DNA from: Candidatus Bathyarchaeia archaeon
GTDB lineage: Archaea; Thermoproteota; Bathyarchaeia; 40CM-2-53-6
Direction of reading: 5' to 3'
DNA: 64,000 bases
Assembly: GCA_049513715.1 (NCBI GenBank)
Contig: JBEKVV010000003.1
Location: 448,001-512,000, forward strand
Shown: positions 57,642-64,000 of the stretch, piece after piece
Position numbering within the stretch: position 1 is the stretch's first letter
Layout: every line of letters starts with the position of its first letter
Program-made: the position numbers and the translations under genes
The notes under the pieces: generated by a model
What the model saw: the letters and a program-made list of their open reading frames with translations, nothing else
The model's database searches: none
Told to the model about the DNA's origin: nothing

Positions 57642-57728
57642 GTGGCCATGTATAAGTGTGGAGCGTGCGGCAAAGAGTCCAGCACCGCTGGTATGTGCTG
57701 CGGTGCGCAGATGAAACTGGTAAGTTAG
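57642..57728 (+). CDS. 28-aa desulforedoxin-like metal-binding microprotein (not in ORF track)
   Basis: Perfect GGAGGTGA SD at 57627-57634; MAMYKCGACGKESSTAGMCCGAQMKLVS*. Confidence 0.8.
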   Translation: MAMYKCGACGKESSTAGMCCGAQMKLVS

Positions 57729-58555
57729 GGAGGTTTTGACTGCAGAGCCTTCCTAAGCCTCTCATATTTTGCAGGATCATCTCCCACATCTACTGACACG
57801 GCTTTTGTTCCAATGTAGATGGGAATCCACTCCTCATATGCCCGCTGACCACGTGCCTTCACGATCCTCACTTGTCGTTTCTGGCGTCCTTCAACCTCAA
57901 TCACGCGCAGTTCTATCGCGAAGTCCATGAGCGTTTGCAGGCGTCTTACGTTCTCTTCGCTGATGGTTCCGCTAGTGAGTGAGGTCAAGAAAGCGCCGCC
58001 CTTCGACTTCACTTTAACCGCCATGCTTGACAGGAACTGTACAACCAGTTGGGGGTCCTTGTAGGTGAATAGAGGAGTGGCTGAGTCGACGATTATCTTC
58101 GGGGTTCCTAACTTACTCTTCTCGTTGAATAGATCCGTGATCAAGAGACTCAGTTCGTTCAGGTCTGTGCGGCTCTTCAGCGCGTACTTCTCTTGACTGG
58201 GCACTCCCGCGATTGAGGAGTAACAATCGACGAGAGTGGCAATTCCTTTGCCCTCATATTCTGGGAGTTTTTCCTGCGTATACCCCCCAAGGGGACCACG
58301 CAGGTTTGACGGGGAATCATCGAACGCGAGTAGAACAACGGGTCTGTTGTTTCTTAGGTAGAAGTCTATCCAGTGATGCAGTATCGGAGTTTTACCTGCA
58401 CCTGGCGGGCCGGTAACCATCAAAGTGTAACTGTCCGGTAACCACTGAACGAACTGGTCACAATGGCCGCAGTAGTAGAACTCTGTGATTTCATCGTACG
58501 ATGATGGCTCCCCGCAGAGCGGGCAAAGCCTCACTGGGGTTGTTGGCGCTTGCAA
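57725..58555 (-). CDS. KaiC/RAD55-like single-domain ATPase with N-terminal zinc ribbon
   Basis: CPLC...CGHC; Walker A GPPGAGKT; IIVDS; IVKARG. Confidence 0.85.
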   Translation of the reverse strand: MQAPTTPVRLCPLCGEPSSYDEITEFYYCGHCDQFVQWLPDSYTLMVTGPPGAGKTPILHHWIDFYLRNNRPVVLLAFDDSPSNLRGPLGGYTQEKLPEYEGKGIATLVDCYSSIAGVPSQEKYALKSRTDLNELSLLITDLFNEKSKLGTPKIIVDSATPLFTYKDPQLVVQFLSSMAVKVKSKGGAFLTSLTSGTISEENVRRLQTLMDFAIELRVIEVEGRQKRQVRIVKARGQRAYEEWIPIYIGTKAVSVDVGDDPAKYERLRKALQSKPP

Positions 58556-58853
58556 GCCTAACCTCTCTGTTCTTCTATTGGCATTAGCTGAAGTTAGTCT
58601 GTCGGTTGAGCCTTAAGTGCCTGATGACGTGCCTCATATATTGGCTCGGCAGCTACACGTGGTCTTCCATGCTACGCCTTCAAATGTCACATGGAAAACT
58701 TAGAACGAAATATCATTTCCGGCGCGCCGTTACACCCAACACGTGAGAATTCAAAAGAACATGAACCACGTTTTCCCATTCGCAGCTATCGATGAATTTG
58801 GTTGCCTCGAGTACATGATAATTGATATGTAACCATGATGTTCGTTCGGCGCT

Positions 58854-59783
58854 ATGAACCATCTCACTGTCGGACTATTTCACGACGATGCACTTGGTCG
58901 AGAATTAGGTAAGAAAGGCAGCGAAAGCGACATCGCCATGTTCAACAGAAAAATGGGCGACCACATATTCACTTTCATGAGCCCAGTGGAAGACAAACTG
59001 TCAGCAAAGAGTCAGATAATTTCCAGCATTGACGTCGCGATAGTTGCGTTCGCGGAGATGAGTAGGGAATTGGGCGAGACGGTGGTAATGCTCAACTCGC
59101 TTGGTGTCTCTCAGGGAATAGCAGTAACGTCTCCCTACGCGACTCCTGAGCAAATAGCCGCCATAACCAATGGCACTGCCCTCAAATCATTCACCGTCGA
59201 AACAAGGGATGCGGTGAAGATGCTTGAAGTTCTCAAGGGCTACCGCCCAGAGAGGGATTCTACTTCACCGACAGTAGTTGTAGTGGATCATTCTTTCAGC
59301 GTCAAAGGAGTGGGCGAGGTCTTACTTGGATTCGTGCGGAAAGGCATTGTGAAAAAATACGACAACCTCACGCTGCTACCGGCCAACAAAGAGGTCACGG
59401 TGCGGTCTATACAAATGCAGGATGAAGACTACGACCAAGCTGAGGCTGGGTCACGAGTTGGCCTCGCCATGAAGGGCGCGACCGTTGAGGAGATGAGGAG
59501 AGGTTCCATCATCTGCGCCCCCGGCAGCGTCAAAACGGGTACAAGGTTGGAGCTCTCTTTCAAGAAAAGCCCCTTCTATTCTGAGGATTTGAAAGAAGGC
59601 GCGTTCCACGCCACAGTGGGCATGCAAACAGTTCCCATCAACATCACCGAACAAAGTGCAACCTCAATAGTTATCGAATCTGAGAAACCAATCGCGTACA
59701 CAGCCCAAGATACATTTCTCCTGTTGGATCTGAACGCTAAGAAGATGCGCATTATCGGCACAGCAAATGCCCCGAACAACTAG
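58854..59783 (+). CDS. Archaeal SelB-like elongation factor homologue (aSelBL) with degenerate G domain
   Basis: ELGKKGSESDI N-terminus without a P-loop; domain II VDHSFSVKGVG, VRSIQM and RVGLAMKG. Confidence 0.8.
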   Translation: MNHLTVGLFHDDALGRELGKKGSESDIAMFNRKMGDHIFTFMSPVEDKLSAKSQIISSIDVAIVAFAEMSRELGETVVMLNSLGVSQGIAVTSPYATPEQIAAITNGTALKSFTVETRDAVKMLEVLKGYRPERDSTSPTVVVVDHSFSVKGVGEVLLGFVRKGIVKKYDNLTLLPANKEVTVRSIQMQDEDYDQAEAGSRVGLAMKGATVEEMRRGSIICAPGSVKTGTRLELSFKKSPFYSEDLKEGAFHATVGMQTVPINITEQSATSIVIESEKPIAYTAQDTFLLLDLNAKKMRIIGTANAPNN

Positions 59784-59885
59784 CATGACGAGCCTACTAA
59801 CGGTCGACAAACAGGCATGAGCCAATCGTGCGGACACATAATACAAAATGGGGAAATGGGTTCTAGCTTAGTTGGAGTGTTTGTG

Positions 59886-60032
59886 CTACTGCTTGACCTT
59901 CAGTTTCTCCGTGTAGGCGTCGGCCAATTTTCCGAGCTTCCAAATCAACCACAGGACTGCAATTGCAATAACAGCGCCGATGACGCCCCTGATCATCAAG
60001 CCCACAAACAGTAAGCCATTTGGATAAGGCAT
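59886..60032 (-). CDS. 48-aa single-pass membrane protein
   Basis: AAGGTGA SD before MPYPNG; one TM and a charged tail. Confidence 0.6.
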   Translation of the reverse strand: MPYPNGLLFVGLMIRGVIGAVIAIAVLWLIWKLGKLADAYTEKLKVKQ

Positions 60033-60185
60033 TATTTTTTCACCTTCTTGACGCGAGTTCGGCTTTCTCGATAAAAGGAGTTGTGGATGAATCATCCACG
60101 ACTTTCGAGAATTTCGTCTGGCAGAACGCGAAACCGATTCAGTGGACTTCCTATATTCTCTTGTTTGCGCGCCAGTTGGACTTCG

Positions 60186-61040
60186 CTAAGCCCGAGGCTT
60201 GATGAATGTGCCTCTCTGATATTCTTCAAAGGCGACCCGTAACTCTTCTTCAGTGTTCATCACGATAGGGCCATGCCACGCGACGGGTTCCTGTAGAGGC
60301 TTACCAGAGATGAGGAGAAACCTGACCCCCGTGCCTCCTGCCTGAACTTTCAATTGGTCTCCTTTGCCGAACAGTACGAACCCCTCGGCGCCTACGGTGT
60401 CATGGTCTGCCTCGTCGAATTTGCCCTGCCCGTCAACGACATATGCGAACACATTACGCTCGTTCTCGACGGTGTGTGAGAAGAGTGCGTTAGGAGCCAG
60501 CGTCACGTCTAGGTACTCTGGGGCAGTGATGATGTCTCGAACTGGCCCTTCGACCGAGCCGACCTTCCCGCAGATAACCTTCATCTTTACGCCTTTAGAG
60601 GGCACTGCTACGGGAATCGTGTCTGCCTTCACATCTCGGTACCGGGGGTCCATCATCTTATGTGACGCGGGTAAGTTCGCCCATAGCTGGAGCCCCCACA
60701 GCAGGCCGGGGCCTTTCGGCATTTCTTGATGAATGATGCCGCTGCCGGCGGTCATCCATTGAACTTCGTCTGAGTGTATCGTACCCCCGGTTCCCAAACT
60801 GTCTCCGTGCTCCACTCTGCCGTGAAGCATGTACGTTATTGTCTCGATGCCGCGGTGCGGGTGCCAAGGAAAACCAGCGATGTAATCGCGCTCATCGTTA
60901 GAATGAAAATCATCCAATAACAGGAATGGGTCCAGTTCGGGCACCGGTGGATATCCGAACGCGCGTTTCAGTTGCACACCGGCACCTTCGACAGTTGGAG
61001 TGCTCCGCCATACCTTACTCACTCTACGTGCAGAGCTCAT
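60186..61040 (-). CDS. Pirin family protein
   Basis: DPFLLLD, GFPWHPHRGIET, WMTAGSGIIHQE, GPIVMN. Confidence 0.93.
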   Translation of the reverse strand: MSSARRVSKVWRSTPTVEGAGVQLKRAFGYPPVPELDPFLLLDDFHSNDERDYIAGFPWHPHRGIETITYMLHGRVEHGDSLGTGGTIHSDEVQWMTAGSGIIHQEMPKGPGLLWGLQLWANLPASHKMMDPRYRDVKADTIPVAVPSKGVKMKVICGKVGSVEGPVRDIITAPEYLDVTLAPNALFSHTVENERNVFAYVVDGQGKFDEADHDTVGAEGFVLFGKGDQLKVQAGGTGVRFLLISGKPLQEPVAWHGPIVMNTEEELRVAFEEYQRGTFIKPRA

Positions 61041-61164
61041 GATTCGCCAGTGTTCTCTTGACACCTGCTGGGTAAAAGCATGGCGACCAATCAAAACATG
61101 CACAAGAACTCAACCATACTGGTTCTTAGGTTCCTTCGTTGCAGACACCTCAAGGCCCCAGAAC

Positions 61165-62019
61165 ATGCCCAGAGCAGTTGTCAGGTTCAGATCGACCATC
61201 GCGAAAACGTCCGACCTCAGGCTAGCAACGCGGCTTTGCCAGCGCTCAACTGGGAGGGGAGATTATGCTCTCTGGGTTTTGCGAGAAACCATCGAGGACG
61301 GAGGACTCTTTCTCGCGTGGGCCGGCCATGAACTTGTTGGAATGACCAACTTCGACAGATGCGTGGATGGATCCGGCTGGCTTAGCATGGCCCGAACGGA
61401 CCCGAAATGGAGACGTACCGGTGTAGCGCTCTTCTTGCAACACAAAATCACCCAATACGCAAAGCGAAGAAATATCCTGTTCCTAAGATTGTGGACCTTG
61501 TCGAACAACAATGCATCAAAACGTGCTTGCCTGAAAGGCGGTTTCAAACCCATTTGCGAGGCTGCACATATCTCGTGTGCACTTCGCGGGAAGAGACGCA
61601 GAAAAACTCACGCATTCTTGAGGCCCGCTTCCAAAGACATCCTGAGGTCTCTTCTAACGTCGAAGACCGTTTCGAAAACGCGCGACTACCTCGGTTACAA
61701 GTGGCACTTCGTTAAGGCAAACAAGGAACTACTTCTCAAAATCGCACGAAGAGGCGAACTGTACCAAGACGGGGAGACATGCTTCATCCTAACGAAACCG
61801 GAACAACGTTTCCATGCGCGTCGTAGCACACTAACGCTTCTAACAGGACAGGTACGCAAATCTCTGCTAACGGCCAAGAGATTAGCTAAGGATTTGGGCG
61901 CTGACAGTCTTTCCTCCTATGTCCCGTACGATTCCTACACTCTTCGTGCTGCTAGAAAGTTGGGGTTCAGGATTGACGACTGGGGAAAGCACTGCATAAT
62001 CTTCGAAAAGAAAATCTGA
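61165..62019 (+). CDS. GNAT family acetyltransferase (long form)
   Basis: GWLSMARTDPKWRRTGVA and N.AS.....GGF. Start uncertain. Confidence 0.75.
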   Translation: MPRAVVRFRSTIAKTSDLRLATRLCQRSTGRGDYALWVLRETIEDGGLFLAWAGHELVGMTNFDRCVDGSGWLSMARTDPKWRRTGVALFLQHKITQYAKRRNILFLRLWTLSNNNASKRACLKGGFKPICEAAHISCALRGKRRRKTHAFLRPASKDILRSLLTSKTVSKTRDYLGYKWHFVKANKELLLKIARRGELYQDGETCFILTKPEQRFHARRSTLTLLTGQVRKSLLTAKRLAKDLGADSLSSYVPYDSYTLRAARKLGFRIDDWGKHCIIFEKKI

Positions 62020-62109
62020 CTCCTACAAACTGACCTGCAGTTGGAAACCAACAGTAGTTGTTGTAAAACAGAGAGAACGGTCTCAACGAGGGATTCAAGT
62101 TACCCGATT

Positions 62110-62301
62110 CTACAAAACCGCGATCGACACCACTTGAACTGTCGGGCTGTAGATTGCTTTCTCCAGGATCCCGAGTGATGAATAGCCGTGTGTTCCGCAA
62201 AATTCTTCGCAGGCTTCTGCGGTTTTGAGAGTGCTGTAGCCGAACCCGCAGATTTCACGTCGGTACGTTGTCTGTTTCTTTCCGAATGACTTGTAGACCA
62301 A
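62110..62301 (-). CDS. Small protein with a partial Cys metal-binding pattern
   Basis: Y.REICGFGY...AEACEEFC..H; directly follows the 62318..62527 gene. Confidence 0.55.
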   Translation of the reverse strand: MVYKSFGKKQTTYRREICGFGYSTLKTAEACEEFCGTHGYSSLGILEKAIYSPTVQVVSIAVL

Positions 62302-62317
62302 TTCTTCTCTCAGACTC

Positions 62318-62527
62318 TCAAGCGGTTGCCAATTGTACGAGTTTGCCGTTCACGAAGTAGCCTCGAAGGCTGCATTGATCGCATATGGCAGCGAGTTGCA
62401 GGTCCACGCCGTCCTCGTAGAATATGTTCATGTTGTTTGCTCCGCATCTCGGGCAGGAATGGCCAGATGTTTTATCCAACCCAACCACCAGGTTTGTTTT
62501 CGGACTGACTTGTGATTCATCTTGCAA
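62318..62527 (-). CDS. Small zinc-ribbon protein
   Basis: CPRCG...CDQC. Confidence 0.65.
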   Translation of the reverse strand: MQDESQVSPKTNLVVGLDKTSGHSCPRCGANNMNIFYEDGVDLQLAAICDQCSLRGYFVNGKLVQLATA

Positions 62528-62694
62528 TGAAAAAGCTAAGAATTGAGCGCATAGAAATCGTATGCCTCCCCATGCCTCGTATGAATCATATAGAGCGGTC
62601 TACTGACAACACACCCTCATCATGAATTGTGCCACAAGGAAAATCCTACGAGTGAAAACAGGGAGGCTATGTGGAAAGGAGGGGGTGGGGTGGG

Positions 62695-63183
62695 TTATGG
62701 CGAGAAGAACGCGGTTGCGTAGATCGTGTTGCCCGTTGCGTCTCTGACCACAACTTGGTACTGTGTGCCACTTCTTAGGCTGAGCGACTGAGCGTAACCT
62801 CCATCGCCGCTATCATTCGTAGTAACCCAACCAAGTTGCTGCCAACTGCCATCGCATCCACCTGAACCAGTCTTGTATCCAAGCCAGACACTGTATTGGG
62901 TATTGGAACTGGCGTGCTGCAAACGGACGATCAAGTCTCCACTGTCAAACATTACAGTGCCGAATTTGCCACCAAATCCCAGGTCCCCACAGCTTGCAGG
63001 ACTCGATGATGGGCTGGCTGGTGCGGCATTGGATACTCCTCGAATATTCGCTCGCGTATAATGATTTATTCCTGCGCCGAGTACGGGTGGGCCGTGTTTG
63101 CTGGCAGCGTAGCCCTGCGGAACGCTGAGTGCGGCAAGCATCACGATTGCCAAAACGATTACTCCAATTGTTCGTTGTTTCAT
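62695..63183 (-). CDS. Secreted hypothetical protein
   Basis: Signal peptide, GAGGTGA SD, beta-rich domain with two Cys. Confidence 0.7.
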   Translation of the reverse strand: MKQRTIGVIVLAIVMLAALSVPQGYAASKHGPPVLGAGINHYTRANIRGVSNAAPASPSSSPASCGDLGFGGKFGTVMFDSGDLIVRLQHASSNTQYSVWLGYKTGSGGCDGSWQQLGWVTTNDSGDGGYAQSLSLRSGTQYQVVVRDATGNTIYATAFFSP

Positions 63184-63504
63184 CTTTTCTTTTCACCTCA
63201 TACACTCACCGTCTCAGGATTTGAATTAAGTGCTGGTCTCATACTTCGTATAGAGGACTACGAATCGTATTCCGCAGAGGAACAGAGGCCTTGCAAGATT
63301 CCCTGCTAAGCATAACTCACTCCTGGACTTTTTGCTGCTTGGGACATAGAAACGGCGATCTGGCCGAGTACTCGCTCAGGAAGAATTCGCATGGTTTTCG
63401 AAAGCGATTGCCCTTGACGTTCAGCCCCAAATCATCCGCAAAATTCCAGTAAAAACGGCGACGTCCTGGTAACACTGGCTTTCGGACGGATTGACTTCGG
63501 CAGC

Positions 63505-64000
63505 CTAGTCTTTGCGTTTTGATAGTGTTACGGCCATTACTCTTACTTGGTCGCAGGAGTCTTCGCAGTGGTCAGCTGTGTTCTCCATCGCCTCGAAGAA
63601 CTGCCCTAGAAGTATGATGGAGCCAACTCCGACTCCATTTGCGGGAATACCTGTCAGGTTGCCCCGAGCCTTCTGGTGCAATTTGTCAACTTGTTCCTCC
63701 AACCGTTCCACCTCGTCAGCGGCTCTCAGAGAGTCCTCGATCTCACCGTCAATCAGTTCCTGAACGCACTCGGCGACCTTAACCGTGCACACGACAATGG
63801 TCGAACACATTTCCTTGCAGACTTCCTGAACCTGCTTCGGCATCTGTGAGAGGTCGAAGAGAACCAGTATTCTGGTTCCCTCATGCGCCCAGTCAGTAAT
63901 CCAATCAATTTGCCTACCAAGGCGCATCAGGCCTACTCGCTCGTCAGCTGGCAATTCCCCTCGAGCTAGTTCCATGGTAATTCGGCGTCGCATGCTATCG
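63505..64000 (-). CDS. DUF47 / PhoU-like phosphate transport regulator (5'-truncated by the window)
   Basis: VERLEEQVD and MENTADHCEDSCD acidic helical repeats. Confidence 0.8.
   Translation of the reverse strand, partial: DSMRRRITMELARGELPADERVGLMRLGRQIDWITDWAHEGTRILVLFDLSQMPKQVQEVCKEMCSTIVVCTVKVAECVQELIDGEIEDSLRAADEVERLEEQVDKLHQKARGNLTGIPANGVGVGSIILLGQFFEAMENTADHCEDSCDQVRVMAVTLSKRKD

Noticed and set aside
58556..58853. Possible SECIS or selenoprotein signal near aSelBL (TTCCATG/CATGGAA repeat)
   Set aside because: Single 7-bp repeat without SECIS features; no in-frame UGA readthrough candidate noticed.

Overview
Gene-dense archaeal chromosomal window, most consistent with a Bathyarchaeia/TACK genome. 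This is inferred from the eukaryote-like type IB topoisomerase, CFI-box-CTERM surface protein, aSelBL and GGAGGTGA-type Shine-Dalgarno (SD) sites. In order it holds: (1) acs-satP, then malic enzyme and a cysteine-free TrxR-fold flavoprotein; (2) gnd and two cell-surface proteins; (3) a ten-gene purine cluster (purH, purC-S-Q-L-F-D-N-E-M) using folate-type PurN/PurH; (4) a divergent SpeD-family pyruvoyl decarboxylase; (5) glucose dehydrogenase and gluconate dehydratase, TauE/DUF1634, an ABC-2 exporter, an aldo-keto reductase, an F420-dependent LLM oxidoreductase and a double-SIS protein; (6) a membrane-bound group 4 [NiFe]-hydrogenase operon in complex-I gene order with its own maturation protease and a downstream ferritin-like gene; (7) a mixed accessory region with PhzF, GNATs, a TFS paralogue, Tag, TopoIB, NUDIX enzymes, M20, a KaiC-like ATPase, aSelBL and pirin. 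Reading intergenic DNA by hand found microproteins missed or mis-started by the ORF track: a 31-aa C2H2 finger, two Cys/His-rich peptides behind a CxxC-wHTH gene, a 28-aa desulforedoxin-like peptide and a 43-aa protamine-like protein divergent from TopoIB. Several repeat-rich or structured intergenic elements were also seen. No rRNA, tRNA, CRISPR array or transposase was recognised. All calls rest on motif recognition; no database searches were run.
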